Position numbers and translations under genes: made by a program. The notes beneath the pieces were generated by a model that was not told where the DNA came from, ran no database searches, and saw only the letters and a list, made by a program, of their open reading frames with translations. A stretch of DNA of 64,000 nucleotides from Thermoproteota archaeon. GTDB lineage: Archaea; Korarchaeota; Korarchaeia; Korarchaeales; JAOZGB01. The stretch is from the NCBI GenBank assembly GCA_037917685.1, contig JAVCBU010000006.1, positions 320,001 through 384,000 on the forward strand, given 5' to 3'. Positions 1 through 8,425 of this stretch are shown in pieces (the first letter of the stretch is position 1; each line of letters begins with the position of its first letter).

Positions 1-595
1 CCACAACCTTATCTACCTTGTCCATGACGAACCTTGCTGCTGAGTCAACTATAAGGGTTACCGGAATGCCGTTCTCAGCAAGTATCCTAGATGTTATCCT
101 CCCCTGAAATTTCGGCCTAGTCTCCGTAGAGAACACCTTAAAACTTTTACCTTCTTTATGCGCATGTAAGAGAATACTTAGGGCGGCCGTGCTATGGCAG
201 TGGGTTAGAATTACATCCCCGTCTAAGATCCTTTTACTTCCAATCTCACCTATCCTCTCAACAGCAGCCAGCGAATTCTTTATGAACTCCTCCCCGCTCA
301 TAATGACTATTTCTCTCAAGTCGTCGACAGAATTTCCTTCGACATATCCCCTATAGGCCCTTATAAGCACGTACCTAAGAGCATTTGGTAGAGAAACAGC
401 TGTGGGACGAGTTGAATTCACAAACCTCGCTGTTTCTAAAAGTTCATGCCAGAATTCATCGCTGGTTCTAGCCTTTGACTCCCTAGCCACTATAACTAAG
501 CATTCAGCCGCAGCCCTAGCGATTTTTCCAGCTCCCCTAATAGTCATATCTCTAATCTTTTCAGCTATATCTACAACTTTCGGGTTAAACTTCAC
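1..595 (-). CDS. ribose-1,5-bisphosphate isomerase (eIF2B alpha/beta/delta family), 3' truncated by window edge
   Basis: Manual translation from GTG at 595: IRDMTIRGAGKIA...TRPTAVSLPNA...ILTHCHS...TETRPKFQG...VTLIVDSAARFVM; catalytic Cys in THCHS. Not in the ORF track because it runs off the edge. Confidence 0.88.
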   Translation of the reverse strand, partial: MKFNPKVVDIAEKIRDMTIRGAGKIARAAAECLVIVARESKARTSDEFWHELLETARFVNSTRPTAVSLPNALRYVLIRAYRGYVEGNSVDDLREIVIMSGEEFIKNSLAAVERIGEIGSKRILDGDVILTHCHSTAALSILLHAHKEGKSFKVFSTETRPKFQGRITSRILAENGIPVTLIVDSAARFVMDKVDKVV

Positions 596-649
596 AAAAG
601 TCTAACGGCATGTCAACCTTATTATTTTTCCCAGCCATATGTTAACTCA

Positions 650-937
650 ATGGTTGAAGAATTCCTATGTATGAACGCGCTGAAATACTGCGCCGAAGCG
701 AGAAAGCTCCAGCAGGAGGGAAAATATAAGCTTGCTGGTGAACTATGCATTAGAATCTCACAGCTGTGTAGGAAGAGGGGAGAAAACGCCAACATGGAGG
801 AGTGCATTCGAGAATCCAAACTATGCAGGAAGGCAGGTGAATTATTTATATCATCCGAAAATATCTCTGAAGCCCAGAAAATATGTCAGAAATCAGTAAA
901 ACTCTGTCCAAGAAGCAAGATTGGAATGTCAGGATAA
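650..937 (+). CDS. small Cys-rich helical-repeat (TPR/SNAP-like) hypothetical protein
   Basis: 95-aa ORF in a gap between genes; repeated AGEL motifs; 8 Cys; start may be ATG at 671. Confidence 0.5.
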   Translation: MVEEFLCMNALKYCAEARKLQQEGKYKLAGELCIRISQLCRKRGENANMEECIRESKLCRKAGELFISSENISEAQKICQKSVKLCPRSKIGMSG

Positions 938-1810
938 AACCCTTACAGATTCCCAAAACCTTGAGGTAAACGTAGCAACCCCCTCTCCCGGAGGATATAT
1001 CACCAACAAGGCAAACGCTCTACCAATCGTGAAGTCTTTCCAAAAGTAAACCCTACACTCACCCCTTCTCTTTCTAAGCAACGCATCCCTCACATAATAT
1101 TTCAAACCTCTGGACACAACATGAAACCCTCTAATATTCTTCTCCTCAGTCCATTCCTCAATAAATTTCCTCCCAACCATCTTTTCAGCTTCCCTAACCT
1201 TACGTTCCACGTCTTTAATCTTAATTTTCTCTGGGAAATGCCATCGGTAAAGTATAAAAAACTTTCTCCCACCCTTAAGTAGAGCTTTAGACTCTCCAAC
1301 CCGCAATTCTAGCTTAGAGACAACAAATCCCTTCGGTGTCTTAAACTCTAGGTTTAAAAGAGTCCAATATTCGTATTCTCCCCTCCAGTGGCACCTAAAC
1401 TTTTGTAGAATGTTGTTTAACGTCTCCTCAGCATCTTTAGGGCTCTGACTCCTATAGTAAACTAGAAAGTTAAGCCCTGATACATCGCAGTGCCAAATGC
1501 CACCCATGCCTTGAGCATCCTCCTCCTGAATCCTAAACTTCCCACACTTATGCCCCCTAATAGATGTAAAACCAGTCTTATATACATTAACAGTTTTCAA
1601 CTTTTTGGCCATAGCTTCGATGGAACGGTCGACATCAACAGTCCTACCAGGCTCCCATTTAACAATGAACCTCTCTCCAAACTCAATATCGCTTAGGGCT
1701 ACAATACCGCCACCCCGGCTAAAACCAAAACTTGAAATCTCCCAGTCCCTGCCCACCTCAACCTTAAAAACCCCCATCCCAAAGGGCTTACTCAAAAACC
1801 CCATACCCAT
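929..1810 (-). CDS. hypothetical protein, apparently two related alpha/beta halves
   Basis: 293-aa ORF; no recognised catalytic motif. Confidence 0.7.
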   Translation of the reverse strand: MGMGFLSKPFGMGVFKVEVGRDWEISSFGFSRGGGIVALSDIEFGERFIVKWEPGRTVDVDRSIEAMAKKLKTVNVYKTGFTSIRGHKCGKFRIQEEDAQGMGGIWHCDVSGLNFLVYYRSQSPKDAEETLNNILQKFRCHWRGEYEYWTLLNLEFKTPKGFVVSKLELRVGESKALLKGGRKFFILYRWHFPEKIKIKDVERKVREAEKMVGRKFIEEWTEEKNIRGFHVVSRGLKYYVRDALLRKRRGECRVYFWKDFTIGRAFALLVIYPPGEGVATFTSRFWESVRVLS

Positions 1811-1861
1811 TCTTATCCCCTATGAAACTTTATAAGCTCATTATGAGTAGCTATTCACAGA

Positions 1862-2485
1862 ATGACAGTGAATATTGCCGAACTGGAGAAACAGATAGAC
1901 ATGGATCTAACCCTAGGTAAAATCACCGAGGAAGAGTGGAAAAGGAAGATGGGTATAATTAAAAGCATTAAAAAACTTGATGAAGATTTAATCTACGGCA
2001 GGATAACAGAAGCCGAATATAAAAACAAGCGTGAAGCGCTAATTTCTCAACTCCAGCCACCCACGGCTGCCCCTACATACCAGCCTAAGCCTGAGACACC
2101 CCCTCCACCCCCGCTCTATACTAATATACAGAAAATCGTGTCAGAGCTTGAAATAGTGAAATCCAAGAGGAGAAAACTCTCTGATCTCCTCTTAAATAAG
2201 GAAATAAGCGAAAAAACCTTCAACAAGATAGATAACGAGCTGGAATCTGAGGAGAAGAAACTGGAGGAAAAACTGAAAAGTCTAAAATCTGAGATTGAAG
2301 AAAGAATAGAAAAGCTCTCATCCGAGCTGGAAGAACTAAAATTGCAGCTCGAAGAGGCACTAGCAAGGTGGAGAATAGGAGATATCACTGAGGATGAGTA
2401 TAACAGGAAGAAGTCGGAGCTGGAAGCAAGAAAAAACACGGTCGAGAACGAGCTGGAAACCTTGAAAAAGGCAGCGATAGACTAG
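1862..2485 (+). CDS. CdvA-like coiled-coil protein with tandem N-terminal SHOCT-like motifs and Pro-rich linker
   Basis: GKITEEEW and GRITEAEY motifs, PPPPP linker, then LSDLLLNKEISEKTF...coiled coil...ARWRIGDITEDEY as in the CdvA helical domain. Confidence 0.7.
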   Translation: MTVNIAELEKQIDMDLTLGKITEEEWKRKMGIIKSIKKLDEDLIYGRITEAEYKNKREALISQLQPPTAAPTYQPKPETPPPPPLYTNIQKIVSELEIVKSKRRKLSDLLLNKEISEKTFNKIDNELESEEKKLEEKLKSLKSEIEERIEKLSSELEELKLQLEEALARWRIGDITEDEYNRKKSELEARKNTVENELETLKKAAID

Positions 2486-2569
2486 CTCCCCCAGCCCCTT
2501 TATGTGCAAAATCCAAAACTCGACAGTACAAGGTAAATTTAAAAGACAGACAAGGTACAACATATCCAG

Positions 2570-4327
2570 ATGCCCAGTTTAGCAAAGCCTAAACAAAATA
2601 TCTATACAATAGGATACAGGTTCTTCAAACCTCTTGGAGAGCTGATAATGAAGCTCTACAAGGACCTACCAACAGATCTCGGCAAAGCAGATATGAGAGT
2701 ATACCCCCTAGCTTATGCATCAGCCGTCGCAATGCTAACCATAACCATGGCGGTCCTAATGGTTAGCATAAACCTAGTCCTCTACGCGGCTTTCAAAATA
2801 GTCTACCCCCTTATGATAGTCCTATGTATAATAATCCCAGTAATAACCTTCGCATTAGGATTGCTAGCCCCCGTCGTCTGGAAGTACAATAGGATAAAAT
2901 CTCTCGAGAATGAGACACCCTTCGCAGCAGCCTACATCTCTGTCATGTCCACAGGCGGGATAACACCCTTTAGAAGCATGAAAAGACTGAGCCAAGCCAA
3001 ACTACTGCCAAACCTGGCCAGAGTATCCAAGTACATAGTCTTCGATGTTTCATTGTTTGGAATAGACCCACTCTCAGCCATGGACAGAGCAGCCGAGAAT
3101 GTGCCGGCAAAAAGCTATTCCGAGCTAATAAAAGGATACGTTTCAACGGTTAGAACAGGAGGAGACTTCGTCCACTACCTGCTTCGGAAGACCGAGCTAA
3201 TGTTCAACGAGCGAATAGGACAACTAAGAATAATAGGGGAAAAGCTGGGTATGATGATGGAAGGATACATAGCGGTAACAGTACTCTTAGGCCTAGGGAT
3301 CTATGCCATATACATAACCAATGTAGCAATGCCAGTCCCTATGCCAATGTTCGGACAGGCGAGCTTCTTCCTGTTTACTTACATACTAACACCAATGATC
3401 TCGATTTTATTCTTATACCTTGGAGACATGATGCAACCATCCTATCCTGAAACTAACTGGAAAGTTTACAAGATATGGCTGGCGGGCCTAATACCTGGAA
3501 TAGTGGTAATCCTGTTATCAGCCATATTTCCAACCTTCCCGGTAAGAACCGCTGTAGAAAAACTTGTAATAGACATCCTAGGCTTAGGGCCTGGCACGGT
3601 TCTCCCAACTATCGTAGGATTATTGCTCATAATCTCAAGCATCCCGGGAGCCTGGGTAAGCATAAGATACGATAAAAGAAAGAGAGAAACGGAGAGAAAC
3701 CTGGCATTTTTCCTACGGGACCTCGTGGAGATAAGAAAGGCGGGATTACCACCTGAGAAGTGCATAGCAAACCTCAAAAATAGAGACTACGGTATCCTAT
3801 CACCACTGATAAAAAGGCTTTCAGCACAAATAGAATGGGGCATACCAATCCACAAAATTCTCCGTGATTTCAACAATTCAGTAAACAGCTGGCTTGCCAA
3901 AATGATGATGTTCCTCCTAGTAGACGCGATAGACATCGGTGGCGGAACCCCCCGCACGATGGAAGCAATGGCAAGCTACACCGAAATGATGAACGAAGTA
4001 GAAAATCAGAAGAGAGAACAGTTGAGACCACTCCTAATAGTACCATACATAGGAGCCCTAGTACTTGTAGTCTCAACGGTGATACTCCTAGGATTCATGA
4101 GAGGGGTTCTAGCCCTAGCAAGAATGGGAATAGCCTACGAATCTTTCCTTCAAATGTTCACAACACCCCTAGTGATAAACGTATACCTAATGGGCCTAGT
4201 ATCAGGAAAAGTAGGCGAAGAAAAAGTGTCAGCAGGAATAAAACACGCACTCCTACTAACCCTAATCTCAGTAGTAGCCCTGTGGATAACACCCTCAATA
4301 AGCATCACATTCGCACCAGTAGGATAA
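2570..4327 (+). CDS. type II/IV secretion system F-family membrane platform (PilC/FlaJ/TadC-like)
   Basis: Two T2SSF repeats (LENETPFAAAYISVMSTGGITP; LAFFLRDLVEIRKAGLPPE...IDIGGG) with multiple TM helices. Confidence 0.92.
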   Translation: MPSLAKPKQNIYTIGYRFFKPLGELIMKLYKDLPTDLGKADMRVYPLAYASAVAMLTITMAVLMVSINLVLYAAFKIVYPLMIVLCIIIPVITFALGLLAPVVWKYNRIKSLENETPFAAAYISVMSTGGITPFRSMKRLSQAKLLPNLARVSKYIVFDVSLFGIDPLSAMDRAAENVPAKSYSELIKGYVSTVRTGGDFVHYLLRKTELMFNERIGQLRIIGEKLGMMMEGYIAVTVLLGLGIYAIYITNVAMPVPMPMFGQASFFLFTYILTPMISILFLYLGDMMQPSYPETNWKVYKIWLAGLIPGIVVILLSAIFPTFPVRTAVEKLVIDILGLGPGTVLPTIVGLLLIISSIPGAWVSIRYDKRKRETERNLAFFLRDLVEIRKAGLPPEKCIANLKNRDYGILSPLIKRLSAQIEWGIPIHKILRDFNNSVNSWLAKMMMFLLVDAIDIGGGTPRTMEAMASYTEMMNEVENQKREQLRPLLIVPYIGALVLVVSTVILLGFMRGVLALARMGIAYESFLQMFTTPLVINVYLMGLVSGKVGEEKVSAGIKHALLLTLISVVALWITPSISITFAPVG

Positions 4328-4384
4328 CCAGACACACCCAAGCCTCAAAACCGAGAGCTTAAAAATCACATCAAGCCATTGAGC

Positions 4385-4984
4385 TTATAGAACTCTAAGT
4401 TTACTCTTAAGCCTAAGAGACAAAACAATAACCACAAACCCAACAATAACCAGTCCCGGAAGAATAAAACTAGTGATCAGGCTAGGCGGAGACCATCCTC
4501 CGGTAAAAGACAGTAATACAAGAGTATTAACGCCTGTCGAAAACATAAAGGTACCAAGGAACAACAACCAATTCGAACGCCGAACCATCTTTCGCTTATA
4601 ATTGGGATCAACCCTAAACTGCAAATAAGCCTTCCTCACAACTTCCTCAGGAACTCTAAGCCCTTCAAAACTCTTCAAAGCTTTCCTTGCAAACTCAACA
4701 GCCCCCCTGGCCTCCTCCATACTAGGCAAATACAAACTATGCAGACAATAATTCCTAAGCCTCCTATAATGATGTAACTCATCCCAAAAAGGAATCCTAA
4801 CCCCATGATCCCTCCCAAAAAACATCATATCAATTAAACCAGCCCTGTGAAGCTCCGGAATCCCGAAAGCCTCCCTAAGACCAATCTCTAAAGCCTTAAC
4901 TGACAAAATAACCGCAGCATCAAAAAGACCTGCCTTTAAAGCCTTATCAGCACGGTCCAAAAGCTCCCAACACCCACCGGGCAT
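4385..4984 (-). CDS. HEPN-domain protein with two C-terminal transmembrane helices
   Basis: FDAAVILSVKALE helix and RRLRNYCLH (RxxxxH) motif, followed by two hydrophobic segments and a basic tail. Confidence 0.72.
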   Translation of the reverse strand: MPGGCWELLDRADKALKAGLFDAAVILSVKALEIGLREAFGIPELHRAGLIDMMFFGRDHGVRIPFWDELHHYRRLRNYCLHSLYLPSMEEARGAVEFARKALKSFEGLRVPEEVVRKAYLQFRVDPNYKRKMVRRSNWLLFLGTFMFSTGVNTLVLLSFTGGWSPPSLITSFILPGLVIVGFVVIVLSLRLKSKLRVL

Positions 4985-4991
4985 ACAAACC

Positions 4992-5786
4992 CTACCTCCT
5001 CACCCGTTTCAAAAAGCCAAAACTAAATAAAAGTCTCCTCTTCGGCCTCACCACAATAGCCGGCGGCTTCACACCCATAATCCTAGCAGCCACACTCCTC
5101 AAAGCCAAAGCCGCAGGAGAATCAGGTTTAACCTTAGCCAAAACCTCAAGCCTAGCAGACGAAACTTTCATGGCAGGATCATGAGGGATGGCGCCCAAAA
5201 AAGGCATTTCCAGAATCCTCTCGAAACTCCGAACAACCTCAGGTCTAAGCAAACCCTGGTCTTCAACATCGTTCAAAACAAAACCCAAAGCCCGAGCCCT
5301 AACATTATCCCCTGTACCCTTAACAAACAAGGCAGCATCCAAGCTCCAAACATCAGGCTCTACAACGACTAGATACTCCCGGAAAGCGGACATAGCCCTA
5401 ACCACATTCCCCCCCAAACCCTGACCAGCATCCACAATAACATAATCAACACGGTCAGCAATAGAACCAAGCATCCTAACAAGATCATCAAAAAGAACAC
5501 CACCAGACCCCCGCCGGAAAGGCCTAACAGGAATAATTCCAAGCCTATCATGAATTCTCGTGGCATGAACAGCCTTCCACAGTGGAATACCCTCAGAAAC
5601 AACCCTCACCAAGTCAACCTCAACATCAGCAACCCCAAAAAGCCTCGACAAACAGGCAAACTCCAAATCACCATCAACCAACAAAACAACATTCCCAGCC
5701 TCAGCCAACAAAAAACCTAGGTTAGCACTAACAACAGTCTTACCAGTACCACCCTTCCCAGAAACCACCACAAAGCCACGCTTCAA
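4992..5786 (-). CDS. minD: MinD/ParA-family ATPase
   Basis: Deviant Walker A SGKGGTGKT, LLVDGDL, LGFVLN, IPHDP; C-terminal amphipathic RRLLFSFGFLKR; TTG start at 5786 with GAGG upstream. Confidence 0.85.
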   Translation of the reverse strand: MKRGFVVVSGKGGTGKTVVSANLGFLLAEAGNVVLLVDGDLEFACLSRLFGVADVEVDLVRVVSEGIPLWKAVHATRIHDRLGIIPVRPFRRGSGGVLFDDLVRMLGSIADRVDYVIVDAGQGLGGNVVRAMSAFREYLVVVEPDVWSLDAALFVKGTGDNVRARALGFVLNDVEDQGLLRPEVVRSFERILEMPFLGAIPHDPAMKVSSARLEVLAKVKPDSPAALALRSVAARIMGVKPPAIVVRPKRRLLFSFGFLKRVRR

Positions 5787-5872
5787 CCCCAACCTCAAAC
5801 ATACTAACAGACCGAAACATATAAAAATAATCCCAACCCCCCAAATAAATAGCAAGCCAACAACTAACAACA

Positions 5873-5902
5873 AACCAAAAAAGAAAGGGAAATAAAGGGA
5901 AG
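5873..5902 (-). terminator. oligo-pyrimidine terminator of pilin gene
   Basis: Minus strand reads TTCCCTTTATTTCCCTTTCTTTTTTGGTTTG immediately after the pilin stop. Confidence 0.55.
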
Positions 5903-5903
5903 T

Positions 5904-6341
5904 TTATGGGATAGCCACAGCCTTAGGATAATCCTTACCGCCTGCAGTATGCAGGGTAACTTCATATGTAACCCCGGATGACCAAGAGCCACCAGTTACA
6001 CTGGGCGGAATGTCACCATTGTAGATGTGTATAGTGACGCTAGCACCGCTAACCAGCGTTATAGGTAGCGTACCAGACAGATTCCCTCCACTTCTCACCG
6101 GGATTCCATTAATGAATACGTCAGTGATGGTGGCATCGGCGGACCCAGTATTCTTAACTCTTAGTGTAACTCTCTGGTTAGTTGAATCGTACCACGCAGC
6201 AGAGATTTCAAGCTTTTCAAATCTCGTAAAGATGCCGGCTATGCCAACGACCCAGTATGCGACCGCTATTGCTATTGCTATGGCGACTGCTACGATTATA
6301 ATGGTTGCTATTACCGGGGATATTCCCGCGTTTCTTCTCAT
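5904..6341 (-). CDS. archaeal type IV pilin (class III signal peptide)
   Basis: MRRNAG/ISPVIATIIIVAVAIAIAIAVAYW cleavage site and hydrophobic helix; beta-rich domain with VKNTG and VFING. Confidence 0.93.
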   Translation of the reverse strand: MRRNAGISPVIATIIIVAVAIAIAIAVAYWVVGIAGIFTRFEKLEISAAWYDSTNQRVTLRVKNTGSADATITDVFINGIPVRSGGNLSGTLPITLVSGASVTIHIYNGDIPPSVTGGSWSSGVTYEVTLHTAGGKDYPKAVAIP

Positions 6342-6371
6342 AACCTGATCATTTATTCTTGACTTTTCATA

Positions 6372-6387
6372 GAATTTAAATCTTTGT
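6372..6387 (-). promoter_or_regulatory. BRE/TATA promoter of pilin
   Basis: Minus strand CACAAAGATTTAAATTC about 35 nt upstream of the pilin ATG. Confidence 0.5.
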
Positions 6388-6614
6388 GATATTTTTGTTT
6401 GTTGTTGTTTTTTCTGGTAAATTTTTAAATATATGGCTATTTTCTAGGTATGTTTTTGATTTTTACATGATTTTATGTGTTTTTCAAGTTCATTCTTCCT
6501 TTTCGTGTTTTGAGTGGATTTTTAATGTTGTTAGATATGGTGGTTGTTTTCTTTTTAATATTATGGTTTTGACCTTGGCCTTTAGGTATGGTTTGGAGGT
6601 TAGATCCCCTCTCC

Positions 6615-6665
6615 TACATTGAGAGTTACATCTTCTAATATTTATTTGATGTAACTCTCAATGTA
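6615..6665. repeat. perfect 18-bp inverted repeat with 15-nt AT-rich spacer
   Basis: TACATTGAGAGTTACATC (6615-6632), TTCTAATATTTATTT, GATGTAACTCTCAATGTA (6648-6665). Confidence 0.95.
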
Positions 6666-6698
6666 AATACCCCCGTTCATTGGAGTGTGATGGTGCTT

Positions 6699-8297
6699 TT
6701 ACATTTTAATTGTTGTTTTAATCTTCCTTAAGTAGTATTCCCTTATCATTCTCCCTATTTCTCTGTAGTCTGTTACGTTTCTTTTGATCATTTCTTCTAT
6801 TAGCGCTTCTCTTTCTCTAATTTCGTTTATTATGTCTGGGACTGTTCTCGCTGTTTCTATGGCTATTTCTTTCAGTATCCTGCTTTTTGTTAGGTCTCCT
6901 ATGAACAGGTCCCTGCCTGCGTTCCACCAGAACACGGTGTTCTTCTGGAGGGTTGCGCCGTCATAGTCAATAATTTCATCTATTCTTTTTATCCTTCTAG
7001 CCATCCTTCCGTTAGGTAAGTTCACTCTTCCAAGTAGGATCGCTATTTTGATAAGGGGTATGTAAGCTGGTGCTATGTCCAGAGGTTTCTGTGTGAACCT
7101 CTTGATTGCTGCTTCGACACTGTCTGCGTGGAATGTTGTAAGTCCCCCGTGTCCTGTTGCTATTGCTTGTATTAGGGCGTATGCTTCTCTTCCTCTAATT
7201 TCTCCGACAATTATGTAGTCAGGTCGGTGTCTTAGGCTTGTCACTACTAGGTCGAATAGGTCTATTCCTCCTCCGGTTTCCTTGCTTACACCTAGCCCGT
7301 ATGCAGGTCTTGATATGAATTCTATCCAGTTTTCATGTGGTAGCCTTAGTTCCGCGGTTTCCTCTACTGTTATTATCTTTGCTTCAGGCCTTATCATACA
7401 TGATAGGGCATTTAGAAGTGTTGTTTTCCCAGCTGCTGTAGCCCCGATTATTAGTACAGCCTTTTTGTACTCCATGGCTATCCAGAGGTAGGCGGCCATT
7501 TCGCTTGTTAGAACTCCGAAGTTTATCAGGTCAACAATAGTGTAAGGTTTCTCTCTGAATTTTCTAATTGTGAATGTTCCACCTTTAGGGGTTATTTCAC
7601 GCCTGTAGCTTGCTGCAAGCCTGTGCTTTCCCTCGAGCATGACGTCTACTATGGGGAAGGCTGTTGAGATGTGTTTTCCAGCTCGATGGACGAGTTTTAC
7701 TATAAACTCGTCCAGGTATTCCTCGCTGTTGAAAATTATGTTTGTCTTCATGCTTTCATACTTTCTGTGCCAGATGTAAACTGGAACGCCGACTCCGTCG
7801 CACGATATGTCCTCGATGTTAGGATCCCTCATAAGTCCGTCGATCGGGCCGTAGCCTAGAAGGTTTCTTTTGATGTAGCACAGTATTTTAGGCCAGCTTA
7901 CCGTTTCTTTGAGTTTAATCTTATACTTTTTAGCTATCCTTGTAGCCTCTAGGGCGAGGTATTTCTCTCTGTCTTTTATCTCGTCAGGTGCCATTATTTC
8001 GCTTGACAGCATGTCGACTACAAGGTCGTATATCTCCTTCTCCTGCTTGTTCATTTTTTCCTCGATTACGAAATATCTTCTTTCCCCGTCAACAGGGTTC
8101 ATGGCTATGACAGCCTTGGAGAAAACCTTATATGTAGGGTATTCTTTCACTGTAGGAAACGGGTTAAGCTCTGGAGGGGCTGCTTCGAGCTCGGATGCTT
8201 CGTAAAGTTTATATGCTTCAATTATATCCCAGTCAGGGGGTAGTGGCTCTAGAGTGACTTCTTCAGGTTTTATTTCCCGTTCTAGTAATGACCACAT
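6699..8297 (-). CDS. type IV pilus/archaellum-family assembly ATPase (PilB/FlaI/VirB11)
   Basis: DPNIEDISCDG, FTIRKF, Walker A GATAAGKTT, EETAEL, RHRPDYIIVGEIRG, TGHGGLTTFHA. Confidence 0.95.
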   Translation of the reverse strand: MWSLLEREIKPEEVTLEPLPPDWDIIEAYKLYEASELEAAPPELNPFPTVKEYPTYKVFSKAVIAMNPVDGERRYFVIEEKMNKQEKEIYDLVVDMLSSEIMAPDEIKDREKYLALEATRIAKKYKIKLKETVSWPKILCYIKRNLLGYGPIDGLMRDPNIEDISCDGVGVPVYIWHRKYESMKTNIIFNSEEYLDEFIVKLVHRAGKHISTAFPIVDVMLEGKHRLAASYRREITPKGGTFTIRKFREKPYTIVDLINFGVLTSEMAAYLWIAMEYKKAVLIIGATAAGKTTLLNALSCMIRPEAKIITVEETAELRLPHENWIEFISRPAYGLGVSKETGGGIDLFDLVVTSLRHRPDYIIVGEIRGREAYALIQAIATGHGGLTTFHADSVEAAIKRFTQKPLDIAPAYIPLIKIAILLGRVNLPNGRMARRIKRIDEIIDYDGATLQKNTVFWWNAGRDLFIGDLTKSRILKEIAIETARTVPDIINEIREREALIEEMIKRNVTDYREIGRMIREYYLRKIKTTIKM

Positions 8298-8425
8298 ATC
8301 AACTATTATAGTATGGTGCTTACAATATTATAAATTAACATTGAAATCCTCTTATAAATTGTGAATTATCCTATGATTTCAAGTTAAAATCAAACATTTT
8401 ATATACAACTTAGGAGTTAGAACTA

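Noticed and set aside
5787-5873. Hydrophobic N-terminal extension of the MinD ORF, suggesting a TM-anchored MinD
   Set aside because: It is a by-product of G/T-rich sequence. TTG at 5786 with a GAGG site gives a normal MinD N-terminus.
6386-6622. 78-aa Phe-rich + strand ORF
   Set aside because: Translation of the T-rich intergenic tract; it overlaps the pilin promoter region and the inverted repeat.
2570-8297. Archaellum (motility) operon
   Set aside because: No FlaH/ArlH, FlaF/G or archaellin-type N-terminus. The pilin has the ISPVIA pilus signature.
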